A stretch of DNA of 64,000 nucleotides from Nitrospinales bacterium (GTDB lineage: Bacteria; Nitrospinota; Nitrospinia; Nitrospinales; VA-1). The position numbers were made by a program, and so were the translations under genes. The notes beneath the pieces are model-generated. The model saw only the letters and a program-made list of their open reading frames with translations. It ran no database searches and was not told where the DNA came from. The DNA lies in assembly GCA_965262115.1 (NCBI GenBank), contig OZ253496.1, forward strand, positions 1,824,001 through 1,888,000, given 5' to 3'. Positions 23,108 through 35,330 of the stretch are shown here, piece by piece. How positions within the stretch are numbered: position 1 is the stretch's first letter; each line of letters begins with the position of its first letter.

Positions 23108-24391
23108 ATGATTTTGGCTAAACACATTTCCAGTCTTCGTCGGTCTTTTGCGATGTTGCTTTTGGCAACCCTGGTTTCTGCCTGCGCCTCAGACCTGCAA
23201 ACCAAGGTGTCCGGACATCTTAATGGACTGTCCAAGCATCAGACTGTGGCCATCCTGCCTGTTGAAGCAAACAATGCGGGGCAAAAGGAAATGGCAAAAA
23301 TGTTCCGGCAAGGTTTATATGCCAACCTCAAGCAATCCAAATTCAATTTACTGGAAAAATATATTGTGGACGGTCTGCTGAAGCAGAACAACTTGAACGA
23401 TCCCGCAAGCTTTCTCGCTATCAATCCGATGCAGTTTGGTGAAATCCTGGGCGTAGATGCCATTGTGTTCAGCCGGATCAACAAAGTGGAGCGCAGTTAC
23501 TTTATTGTGCATTCCTCTATCGAACTCAGCGTCTCCGTGCAGATGGTGGACACGCGCACCGGAGAGATTCTCTGGCGAGCTGAACAAACGGAACATGATT
23601 TTTCCGGTATCGGCAAAATCCCAACCGGAATCTTCGCCGCCCTGCTCGCTCCCATTCAGTTTGTGACCAATAAATTCAACCTGCGCAAGATGACCTCCAA
23701 AATGGTCGATAAGCTGACCGCCCTGGTGAAGAAACCCGAAGATGCGGGAAAAGAGACTCAATTTGAAAAAACGGTGATCGCAAAAAAATCCACCACCGAC
23801 TTGAATAAAATTGAAGAGATCCAGCAACTCAGAGCTGAATGGAACCAGGCGCTGGCTCTGGATGAGGAAGTTTTATCAGGTGAAAGCCAAAAAGAAGTAA
23901 TGGTTCCGATAAAAAGTTCTTTATCGCCAGTAGGAAAAATTCAAAACGAGGTGCCGCTGAGAGCGGTGGTTCGCAAAGTCGGTGCCACGGATGCAGAAAG
24001 GACCCAGCATCCAACTGCTCCTCCTGAAACAAAAAAACAAAAAACTGTAACACCCGTTCCCTTGAGCGCGTATAAAGCAACCCCGGCCACATCTCCCCGC
24101 ATCAATGACCATCTATCTCGCGTAAAAGCTAAATCCGGCAAAAACTTAAATAAAAGTCCAACACCAGCGTTATATACCGTGCAGGTAGGGGCTTATAAAA
24201 CTAAAGCCTATGCTCAAAGTCTTTTGAAAAAACTGGTAAAAAAAGGCTACAACGCTTTCGTGGTCCATAACAAGATTTACAAAGTGCAGGTGGATAGATT
24301 TAAAAATAAAAAGGACGCTCTCAAACTCGCCCAACTCATCCAGAAAAACGAAAACCTGAAAAACTTTGTGACCCCCATCCAAACGGGTTAA
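23108..24391 (+). CDS. Lipoprotein with DUF799-like and C-terminal SPOR domains
   Basis: Lipobox VSAC; VAILPV, LGVDAIV, DTRTGEILW; YTVQVGAY...KGYNA...YKVQV SPOR. Confidence 0.8.
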   Translation: MILAKHISSLRRSFAMLLLATLVSACASDLQTKVSGHLNGLSKHQTVAILPVEANNAGQKEMAKMFRQGLYANLKQSKFNLLEKYIVDGLLKQNNLNDPASFLAINPMQFGEILGVDAIVFSRINKVERSYFIVHSSIELSVSVQMVDTRTGEILWRAEQTEHDFSGIGKIPTGIFAALLAPIQFVTNKFNLRKMTSKMVDKLTALVKKPEDAGKETQFEKTVIAKKSTTDLNKIEEIQQLRAEWNQALALDEEVLSGESQKEVMVPIKSSLSPVGKIQNEVPLRAVVRKVGATDAERTQHPTAPPETKKQKTVTPVPLSAYKATPATSPRINDHLSRVKAKSGKNLNKSPTPALYTVQVGAYKTKAYAQSLLKKLVKKGYNAFVVHNKIYKVQVDRFKNKKDALKLAQLIQKNENLKNFVTPIQTG

Positions 24392-24460
24392 ACCTATGGT
24401 CAACGAAATTTTTTCTATTAAAGATATCGGCTATTGGTCAGAAATCAAATTCGGAATTTC

Positions 24461-24912
24461 CTAATAGCCTTTCCAGCCGTCAGAATAAACGATGCTATCA
24501 GGCACCACCTTACGTTTAATAATGGGATATAAAGTTGATGACGAAGCATCGGTAATGACCTTCGTGTAGACCTTGCCACCCCGCTTTAGAAGCCCAAATA
24601 CCGGGGTTTTACCGGCTGCGCCCCGACCTCTCTTCCCCTTCCGTTTGCCGCCGAAATAGCTCTCATCTACTTCAATCTCACCACTAAAAACCCTATCCGC
24701 TTCTTGCTCAAGTTCATACGCCAGGGTTTCTCGCAAACGGTGAAAATAATAAACTGCGGTTTTGGGATTGACTCGGACAAGGGCCGAGGCACAGCGGACT
24801 GTCGTTCCCGCTACAAAATGCTCCATCCATCTATCCTGCTTTATCTTACTTAGTCGGCTCTTCCTCACAACCACCATAATAACACCTGAATAGCGTTATC
24901 TGGGTCAGCCCC
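24461..24912 (-). mobile_element. Truncated IS1595-family (IS1016-like) element
   Basis: End GGGGCTGACCCAGAT at 24912; transposase fragment EVDESYFGG..RGRGAAGKTPVFG..VYSDGW stops after the second Asp. Confidence 0.85.
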
Positions 24913-25580
24913 GAAATTAATTCGGAAGATGGTGCAGGAAATTTCATTGAACAAACTGAAAGCGCTAACAATATTCTGGTGAATATGGAAGCAAAAGCCT
25001 TTTCATGGATTCAGGAAGGAAAGACTGATCAAGCAAAGAAAGTTTTATTCAACAAGGACTATGAAGAGCAGAAACTGATCTTCTCAAAAGGCATACAGGA
25101 TTTTGTTAAAGAAATTATTTTGGGAAATCAAAAAGAAATCGATGACAACAACAGTCGCCTGATCGTCTTCACTTTTGCTTCCAGTTTACTTATACTCTCC
25201 AGTTGGGTCGCAGGCCTGATTACGTTCCAAAAATATTCTTCCCAGCGCCGGAGATCAGAAGATCTTTCAACGAAGTTTAGCCATATTCTGGATGATTCTT
25301 TCAATGAAATATATGTGTTTGACAGCAAGAGTCTTAAATTCCATCAGGTCAGCAACTGCTTCACAAAATAACCACTTTTGGAGATCGTTTAATAGAAAAA
25401 GCAGTGAATTTAGACGAGCAGAGCCGAGATTTTATTAAGCGAATGCAAAAGTCCGCATATAGAATGAAAAAATTTATCGATGACTTGCTTCGTTTTTCAA
25501 AGGTTTCAACCGAAAATATTCCTTTCAAAAAAGCTGACCTGGAACATACAGCAAAAACAGTTGCGGCTTGGCTTTCTGGC
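24913..25580 (+). pseudogene. Fragments of a sensor histidine kinase (periplasmic/TM, PAS start, HisKA end)
   Basis: ILDDSFNEIYVFD (PAS start) and SAYRMKKFIDDLLRFSKV (HisKA end) in short broken ORFs. Confidence 0.6.
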
Positions 25581-25594
25581 ATTGAAGGCTTTGG

Positions 25595-26734
25595 TTACCG
25601 TTTTGATGCCACAAATCTATCCAGCAGATCGAAGAATTTGAGGATTTCGTCTTCGCTGTTATAAAAATGCGGCGAGAGGCGAACCAGACCGTCACGAACC
25701 GTGATTTTGACCTTTTTCTCCAACATCCATTCATAGAGCTGGCCGATATCCTGATTCATGACGAAAGCAATATTTCCGGAGCGCTCCTCCGGTCGGGTGG
25801 AACTGTAAACTTTTAGTCCGCGCTGGTTGAGTTGTTCGAGAACCTGATCGCCCAGAGCCATCACCCGCTTCTCGATATTTTCAATTCCTGTTTCCAGTAG
25901 CAGGTCCAGTGCCGCACCAAATGCGTGAATGCTCATCGTGTTGGGCGAACCTTCTTCAAAACGTTGCGCACCCGGCCTGAAGGCAAACTCATAATTCATG
26001 AAGTCTGCGGCATTGACCATGTTTCCCCATCCTACCGTTACCGGATAGACCTTTTCTAGAGCACCCCTGGAAATATAGAATCCGCCAAGCCCCTCGACAC
26101 TGAGCATCCACTTATGCCCATCTGCAGAGAGAAAATCGATATGATCGCGTTTCACATCCATCGGCAGGAGTCCCAGGCTTTGAATGGCATCGACGCAAAA
26201 CAAGATGCCCTTTTCTTTGCAGAATGCGCCGATGCGGTTGAGATCACAACGGAATCCACTATTGCATTCCACCGAACTGATGGAAATGAGTCTGGTCCGG
26301 GCATCCACCTGCTTGACCAGATCGTCAAACAACACCCGCCCCTCAACAGCAGGAACCATGCGGGTTTCAACGCCCAGGCGTTTCAGGTTCCACCAAGGGT
26401 AAACATTGGCAGGAAACTCAATGTCGGGGATGACCACATTGTCGCCCGACTTCCAACCCAGTCCATTGGCAACGATGGAAAGTCCTTCGGAGGTGTTTTT
26501 GACGAAAGCCACCTCATCCGTCCCGGCGTTGATGAGCCGGGCAAAACTTTTCCGGGACTGTTCGATACCCACCATCCAGGTTTCGTAATGGACCGTGCCG
26601 TGGCGGGTGGCGTCATCCACAAATGCAGTCACCACTTTACGCACCCGCTCGGGCAAGGGAGCCACCCTGGCATGGTCAAAAAAAATCAACTCCCCCGTGA
26701 CGGGAAACTCTTCTTTGATATTTTCAAAATTCAT
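25595..26734 (-). CDS. Class V PLP aminotransferase / cysteine-desulfurase-like protein
   Basis: FDHA, NTSEGL, VDAIQSLG, ADGHKWML, RFEEGS, RLSPHFYN. Confidence 0.9.
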   Translation of the reverse strand: MNFENIKEEFPVTGELIFFDHARVAPLPERVRKVVTAFVDDATRHGTVHYETWMVGIEQSRKSFARLINAGTDEVAFVKNTSEGLSIVANGLGWKSGDNVVIPDIEFPANVYPWWNLKRLGVETRMVPAVEGRVLFDDLVKQVDARTRLISISSVECNSGFRCDLNRIGAFCKEKGILFCVDAIQSLGLLPMDVKRDHIDFLSADGHKWMLSVEGLGGFYISRGALEKVYPVTVGWGNMVNAADFMNYEFAFRPGAQRFEEGSPNTMSIHAFGAALDLLLETGIENIEKRVMALGDQVLEQLNQRGLKVYSSTRPEERSGNIAFVMNQDIGQLYEWMLEKKVKITVRDGLVRLSPHFYNSEDEILKFFDLLDRFVASKR

Positions 26735-26741
26735 TTTGGCC

Positions 26742-27920
26742 TTACGCCGAGTAGCGGCTCGTCCCTCGTAATATGGACTTAAAACCATATTTGTGACGGA
26801 TGTGGTCGATGCCCTGATACAGACCGTCCCAACATTGCCCCCCTTTACCCTCAAACAAATCTTCCTGCCGATAAGGGTGTGCGGTCAACGAAGTGAACGC
26901 GATACCGATGAGGCGCACCTGCATACGACGCGTAAACAGTTTGCGGAACAATCCCGCACAGGTTTTAAATAACGTATGGTCTTCCGCTGTTGGCATCTCC
27001 AGTGTTTTTGATCGGGTCACTGTCTTAAAATCGGAGTACCGCAGTTTCAACGTCACCGTACGGGCAAACAATTTGTTTTCCCTGAGCTGGCCCGCCGCTT
27101 TTTCGGTCAGGTAACTGAGTGTGGACTCCAGAAATAACGGGTCTGTTGAATCCGTCTCCAATGTCGTTTCACGGCTGATCGAGCGCGGGTCTTCAGTTTC
27201 GCTGATGACCGGACTGTCACTGGTCCCCCTGGCCTTGCGGTAAAGAGATACGCCCCATTTGCCATAGACCTTTTCAAGAAGTTCAAGCGGCAGGCGGGCC
27301 AGGTCGCCCACAGATTTAACGCCCATGCGTTGTAGTTCGGCACCGCCTTTTGGTCCGATACCCGGAACGCGGCGGATGGGGAGCGGAGCCAGAAACCTTT
27401 GTTCCATTCCTGGTGCGATCCACAACATTCCATTTGGCTTGCAATAAGCCGAAGCGATCTTGGCCAGCAGTTTGTTGGAAGCAATACCGATGGAAGCGTT
27501 CAATCTCAATTCCTCACGAATCTCGTTGCGAATCTTTTCCGCTGAAGCCAGCACCGGACCGTGCAGTCTTTCGCATCCGGTCAAATCAACAAACGCTTCA
27601 TCCAGCGACATCGGTTCCACCAGAGGGGAGTAACGTTTTAAAATTTCAAACACTCTGGCCGAATACTCGCTGTACCGCCGGTGCGAACCGCGCAGAAAAA
27701 TCGCGTGCGGACACAACCTCTTCGCTTTCGCAATCGGCATTGCGGAATGAACACCATACCGCCTCACCGTATAGGAGGCGGCCGCAACCACCCCTCTCCC
27801 TTCAGGGCTACCACCGACTATTACAGGTTTTCCCTTCAGGGATGGGTCGAGCACCTCTTCCACCGACACGAAAAACGTGTCCATATCCACATGCAAAATT
27901 CTACGCAGATTCGTATTCAT
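26742..27920 (-). CDS. dinB: DNA polymerase IV
   Basis: HVDMDTFFVSVE, SLDEAFVD, KLLAKIAS..KPNG. Confidence 0.95.
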   Translation of the reverse strand: MNTNLRRILHVDMDTFFVSVEEVLDPSLKGKPVIVGGSPEGRGVVAAASYTVRRYGVHSAMPIAKAKRLCPHAIFLRGSHRRYSEYSARVFEILKRYSPLVEPMSLDEAFVDLTGCERLHGPVLASAEKIRNEIREELRLNASIGIASNKLLAKIASAYCKPNGMLWIAPGMEQRFLAPLPIRRVPGIGPKGGAELQRMGVKSVGDLARLPLELLEKVYGKWGVSLYRKARGTSDSPVISETEDPRSISRETTLETDSTDPLFLESTLSYLTEKAAGQLRENKLFARTVTLKLRYSDFKTVTRSKTLEMPTAEDHTLFKTCAGLFRKLFTRRMQVRLIGIAFTSLTAHPYRQEDLFEGKGGQCWDGLYQGIDHIRHKYGFKSILRGTSRYSA

Positions 27921-28510
27921 TTATCAAACTTGCGCAACACACCAATGACCACGCCCTGAATGGCAAAGTCGCCTTCACGGACGATGATCGGTTTCATATC
28001 CGGGTGGGCGGGTTGCAGGCGCACCCGGCCCTTTTCCCGGTAAAACCGTTTCAAGGTAGCCCGATCGTTATCGATCAATGCCACCACCGTTTCCACGTTT
28101 TCGGCCGCATCGCGCCGCTCCACGATCACATAATCTCCGTCCTGAATATGGTCTTCGATCATCGAATTGCCTTTGACCTTGAGGACAAAGATATCCTTGT
28201 CTCCGGCATCGGGCAACAGAGCTATCACTTCACGGTGGTCCATCACCTCAATCGGCTTACCTGCCGCAATATGGCCCAGCACCGGGTATTCCCGCGCGGG
28301 CTCTTCCACCACTTCAATGGCGCGGCTCAAATTATGTTGCTTCTTAATCAGCCCCTTCTTTTCCAAATGGGTCAGGTGCTTGTGCACCGTCGCCGTGGAA
28401 CTGAGCTGGAAATGTTTGCCAATTTCCACAATGCTCGGCGCATACCCCTTGGAATGGATATGCTCCTTGAGGTACTCATAAATCTCCCGCTGACGTTTGG
28501 TGAGATACAT
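27917..28510 (-). CDS. lexA: LexA repressor, overlapping dinB by 4 nt
   Basis: LTKRQ..GYAPS HTH, IAAG cleavage site, GNSM Ser, TLKR Lys. Confidence 0.95.
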   Translation of the reverse strand: MYLTKRQREIYEYLKEHIHSKGYAPSIVEIGKHFQLSSTATVHKHLTHLEKKGLIKKQHNLSRAIEVVEEPAREYPVLGHIAAGKPIEVMDHREVIALLPDAGDKDIFVLKVKGNSMIEDHIQDGDYVIVERRDAAENVETVVALIDNDRATLKRFYREKGRVRLQPAHPDMKPIIVREGDFAIQGVVIGVLRKFDK

Positions 28511-28652
28511 AATTTTAATCTCCTCATTTCCCTATGCATGTCAGGATAAGCGAAAAAAACACGAAAATAAAGCTCGCAACGCGGACGGGAAATGGGGCAA
28601 TTTGCCTTCGATCGCTGGCCCCACGCCGAGTGGGGTGGTATCCTTGAACCCT

Positions 28653-29084
28653 ATGGCAACGAAACTGAAGCTTCTATTTTTGTGTACCGGCAACTCGTGC
28701 CGAAGCCAGATGGCCGAGGGCTGGGCGCGGCACTTGAAGAGCGACTCCATCCAGGCGTTTTCAGCCGGACTCGAGGCACATGGGCTCAACCCCAACGCGG
28801 TTCAAGTCATGCAGGAGGTCGGAGTGGACATCACCGATCAGAAATCGCAGAAAGTGGAGGAAGTGGAAACCATTCCTTTCGATTTTGTGATCACGGTGTG
28901 CAGTCACGCCAATGAGAACTGTCCGGTTTTCACCTGCTCCTCCACCGTCGTGCATTTCGGATTTGATGATCCACCCAAGCTTGCGCAAAACGCAAACACA
29001 GAAGAGGAAGCCCTCGATCATTATCGCAGGGTGCGGGACGAGATCCGCATCTTCATCGAAACCCTGCCGGAGGTTTTGTGGTAG
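28653..29084 (+). CDS. arsC: Arsenate reductase (LMW-PTP type)
   Basis: FLCTGNSCRSQMAEG, VITVC..CP, FDDP, RVRDEI. Confidence 0.9.
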   Translation: MATKLKLLFLCTGNSCRSQMAEGWARHLKSDSIQAFSAGLEAHGLNPNAVQVMQEVGVDITDQKSQKVEEVETIPFDFVITVCSHANENCPVFTCSSTVVHFGFDDPPKLAQNANTEEEALDHYRRVRDEIRIFIETLPEVLW

Positions 29085-29196
29085 TCGGCAAAAAGACAAA
29101 TCACCCCAGCCCTTGTGATATTTCTTCCTCAACTTTCATGCCCGGTACGGGTACTTTGTAAAAGAGGGGTTCATTGAAGCTCCCCCTTCTACGAAG

Positions 29197-29405
29197 GAGA
29201 CCTTTGCATAACCCAAGATTCTTCGTTGCAATAGCTCCTCAGAATGACAAAATAGCCTTTTATTGTCATGCTGAGCTAGTGATACTCGACCTTTGCCTTC
29301 TTGAGCCTGTTATATCCCCTTCCATTAACTTCATGCCCCGGAGGGGTAGGAGGGGTGTGTCGAAGCATCTCGCTTTTCTGCTTTATAGACTTACGCAAAG
29401 GTCTC
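29197..29405. mobile_element. MITE with GAGACCTTTGC(A/G)TAA TIRs carrying an 80-bp nested family-A insertion (29278-29357)
   Basis: Identical to 50754-50882 except for the 80-bp insert and one TIR base. Confidence 0.85.
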
Positions 29406-29479
29406 CTTCGTAGAAGGGGGTTGGGAGGATTTAAAGCTTCTCATGCAATATGTACACTAAACAAATTTAGGACATCTCT

Positions 29480-30550
29480 ATGAAATGGTTCGCGGTGAAA
29501 ATTATTTTTCTCCTTATTCTCGCCCTATTTGTGAACTATTCCCTCAGTGAAGGTGCACCACGCAAAGCAACGGGCATCCAGAAGGTCATGGCCTCGTTTC
29601 CCCAAAACACCACCACGCGCATTGCCATCGTCGGTGACACCGGAACCGGTGAACGAGCCTACGCACCGGGATTTTCCGCCGTGCAAAAAGCCATGCGGGA
29701 TACCAAGCCGGACGCGTTACTGCATCTTGGCGATTTCGTTTACCAGCCGGAACCGTTTCCCGACTCCTGCCCGAGCCGATACATAGAAGAAATCAAAAAA
29801 ACATTGGTGGACCCGTATCCCCTGCGCCTTTTTGTTGCGGGCGATAACGATCTTCCGGCGCATCGGAAAAAGCCGAAGGCTTCGGGTTACTGGGACAAAA
29901 TCGATCCGCTCGATTCCGGGTTCGACAACTCTGCCAAAAATGTTGCACGGGATTTTGAAGGCACCCGGGTGGTGGGCAACGCCTTGATCGGAATCATCCA
30001 TAACTATCCCTGGCAGGACCCCACCGAATGGCTGAAACCACGTATTAAAAAAGCGAGAGAAAAAGGGCTCTGGGTCATTCTTGCCGTCCACGAACCGGCG
30101 CTCACCACCGCCTGGTATCTGGACAAACGCAACACGGTTCTCAAACAGTTGAATGCCTTAAAACCCGACATGGTGTTCGCCGGCAACCAGCACTCCTACG
30201 AACGGTTTCATCCCATGAGCTCGATAGAGGACGGGGCATTCAAGGTGATCAAATCTGAATCTGGGAAATACCAAAGCGGGGACGGAACGATGCACATAGT
30301 TTCAGGCGGCGGCGGGGCCACCTTCAAACCTTTTGCCGACACTCAGAATAAAAAGGAGGGCACCGCGCCGAAAGAGGTGTTTGACGCGCTGGCAAAAAGG
30401 GCGCTGATGAACCATTTCGTCACTCTGGATATTTCGCGGGATATTTTGAAAGGAACGGTCTGGCGGGTATGCGTGAACGATGATCCCGATGACCAACAAA
30501 ACCCGCGCTGGAAATCGCGAAAGAAATTCTGGGACAACATCCCCCTGTAA
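29480..30550 (+). CDS. Secreted calcineurin-like metallophosphoesterase (possible premature stop; frame continues to 30607)
   Basis: GDTG, HLGDFVY, GDND, GNQHSYER, SGGGG. Confidence 0.8.
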   Translation: MKWFAVKIIFLLILALFVNYSLSEGAPRKATGIQKVMASFPQNTTTRIAIVGDTGTGERAYAPGFSAVQKAMRDTKPDALLHLGDFVYQPEPFPDSCPSRYIEEIKKTLVDPYPLRLFVAGDNDLPAHRKKPKASGYWDKIDPLDSGFDNSAKNVARDFEGTRVVGNALIGIIHNYPWQDPTEWLKPRIKKAREKGLWVILAVHEPALTTAWYLDKRNTVLKQLNALKPDMVFAGNQHSYERFHPMSSIEDGAFKVIKSESGKYQSGDGTMHIVSGGGGATFKPFADTQNKKEGTAPKEVFDALAKRALMNHFVTLDISRDILKGTVWRVCVNDDPDDQQNPRWKSRKKFWDNIPL

Positions 30551-31011
30551 TGCGACGACAAGCCCCAAGGCGTGACGGTTTATGAAGAATTTGAAATTAA
30601 CCACTAGGCGTGGGGCCAATGTGCACGTGATATTCTTCCTCAGCCTTCGTGCCCCGGAGGGGTAATAACTTTTGCTGGCGAGCAATAGTTCATCTTGGCT
30701 TGTTATATTTTTCCGTAGGTGGATGTCCTCCTCAACTATTAAGTTCCTCTCCCCTCCGAGGGACTCAAGCCTGATCGTCTGAAGGCTTGATGGCAAGGCA
30801 TAGCCGCAGTGAGGGGGGAATTGGACTACCCCCTCTTTCTTAAAGTACCCCTTCGGGGCACGAAGTTAATGTTGGGGATATCACGTTATACCTGCGGGGC
30901 ATGATCCTTCGAGAGCCTCAGGATGACCAGACAGACTCAGGATGACAAGTGAAGAGGATATCACACGCTCACGAAGGCTAAGCAAGAGGCCATCACAGCT
31001 ACGGACAAATA

Positions 31012-31449
31012 TCACGTCTCAGCTTTTATTTTCAAGGCATCGTTCATGGATTCTAACATGGGCGTGATACTTTTTTCCATTTTCCCCCAGAACAAGGGCA
31101 CGAGCATTCCACTGAATGCTTCGATGTGAACAAGCCGGGTGCCGGAACCGGTTTCTTCCAGTTCGAAGATTTTGTCGTTGGTGAATAAAAAACCCGCCAT
31201 CATGGTCGCGCGCCAACGAAAAAACTTCGGCTCTTCGACGTTGGTGACAATGGGCGTGTATTTATTGCCTTCTTTACCGTCACCGCAACGCATGGTCATG
31301 CTGAGTTTGGACCCTGGGGACGCGACTCCGCTTGCCTGATCGCAGATGGGGTTCCACTCCTTCCAGTTATCGAAATCGGTGAGGATGCTCCACACTTTTG
31401 CTATGGGAGCCGCAATTTCTATTTCGGTTCGAATTTCTCGCATACTCAT
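31012..31449 (-). CDS. SRPBCC/START-domain protein
   Basis: IRTEIEIAAP..KVW.ILTDF..W.EWNP; TRLVH.E.FSG. Confidence 0.85.
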   Translation of the reverse strand: MSMREIRTEIEIAAPIAKVWSILTDFDNWKEWNPICDQASGVASPGSKLSMTMRCGDGKEGNKYTPIVTNVEEPKFFRWRATMMAGFLFTNDKIFELEETGSGTRLVHIEAFSGMLVPLFWGKMEKSITPMLESMNDALKIKAET

Positions 31450-31654
31450 CCTTAATTTTATGTCCCGCAGGACATGATCCTTCGAGGGCCTCAGGGTGAC
31501 AAGTGAAGAGGATAGGAAGAGGCACGAGGGTTAAGCTAATACCTGGATTGCCGCACCACTTTGTGGTTCGCAATGATGGAACCCCCCTGAATCCCCCCTT
31601 ATCATGGGGGCCAGTGATCTTTCCCCTGTGAAGGGGAATTGAGGTGGTTTTCTT

Positions 31655-32608
31655 TTATTTGGATTGCGCAAGAATTACGTCAATTTCATCGCAGGTTTTT
31701 TTCACATCCCGTGCTGAGGCATCGAGAGCGGCTTGCTCTTCATCGGTCATTTTAAGTTCAATGACTTTTTCGATTCCGTGGATGCCCATCATAACGGGAA
31801 CGCCGAAGAAAATTCCACTCCAGCCGTATTCGCCTTCCAGGTAAGCGGTGCAGGGGAGGATGCGGCGTTTGTCCTGCAAGATCGCTTCGATCATTTTTAC
31901 GACTGATGCGCCGGGCGCGTAGAAAGCGCTGCCGGTTTTTAGCAGTGCGACGATTTCCGCCCCGCCTTTTCGTGTGCGTTCCACCACCCGGTCGATCTGT
32001 TCCTGAGTCATCAGTTCGGTGATCGAGATGCCCGACACAGAAGTGTAACGGGGCAATGGGACCATGGAGTCGCCATGCCCGCCAAGGACCATCGCATCCA
32101 CATCCACCAGTGAGCAGCCCAGCTCCAGCGAAACGAAGGTTCGCAACCGGGCCGAGTCGAGCACGCCGGCCATGCCGATGATTTTGTTCTTGGGCAGGTT
32201 GCCGGTTTTCTTGGCCATGTAGACCATCGCGTCAAGCGGGTTCGACACCACGATGACAATCGGGTCGCGGGAATGCTCCATGATCTTCTCGGTCACCGAG
32301 TGCACAATTTTAGCGTTGGTGGCGAGAAGGTCTTCGCGGCTCATGCCCGGCTTGCGCGGCAGCCCTGCCGTGATCACCACGATATCGGAATTGGCCGTGT
32401 CTTTATAGTCGTTGGTTCCTGTCACCAGGCTATCGAAAACCTGCAGACAACTTGACTCCTGCAAGTCCAGCGCTTTTCCCTGCGGGATGCCCTCGACGAT
32501 ATCGATGATCACCACATCGCCGAGGTTTTTATAAGCGGTTAACTGGGCCACCGTGGACCCAACCTGACCCGCACCCACTACCGTGATTTTTTTCCTTGAG
32601 CTTGACAT
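31655..32608 (-). CDS. mdh: Malate dehydrogenase (LDH-like)
   Basis: [31 protein letters not shown]. Confidence 0.96.
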   Translation of the reverse strand: MSSSRKKITVVGAGQVGSTVAQLTAYKNLGDVVIIDIVEGIPQGKALDLQESSCLQVFDSLVTGTNDYKDTANSDIVVITAGLPRKPGMSREDLLATNAKIVHSVTEKIMEHSRDPIVIVVSNPLDAMVYMAKKTGNLPKNKIIGMAGVLDSARLRTFVSLELGCSLVDVDAMVLGGHGDSMVPLPRYTSVSGISITELMTQEQIDRVVERTRKGGAEIVALLKTGSAFYAPGASVVKMIEAILQDKRRILPCTAYLEGEYGWSGIFFGVPVMMGIHGIEKVIELKMTDEEQAALDASARDVKKTCDEIDVILAQSK

Positions 32609-32672
32609 AGCGTTCCTCTACATGAAGGCAAACCTGAACCCGGTTTGACCTGTTATTAGCCAGCGGAAGCTC

Positions 32673-34931
<2,259 letters not shown>

Positions 34932-35330
34932 TTAATTATGTTTAATTAATGAATAACAAAAACTATCAAATCTCGAATGACAGGGATAACAGGTAAGCGC
35001 AACATAAAATGTCTATTAGAATAAAGGTTTAAGATAAATTATTACCCCCTTCTTGTCAAGCAATTTTGGTCGGGCAATTTCCCACCAAAACACTGAAAAA
35101 GGGAGCACAAGGGAACACAAGCAAAACGGTCTAAGGAAGCGTCATATTTAATAGGACCAAAAACAACAATGCTTAAAATTTGATATAATTGTCTTATTCT
35201 TCATCCAATCCCACAAGTGGGTTTTATTGCCCGTGGCTTTGTGCCACGTTTTTAAAAATAGCACTCTATTAGGATGCCCTGTCCGCTCGCGGCGGGGTTA
35301 TTCATTGATCTCCCTGCTGATTTTCCCCCT

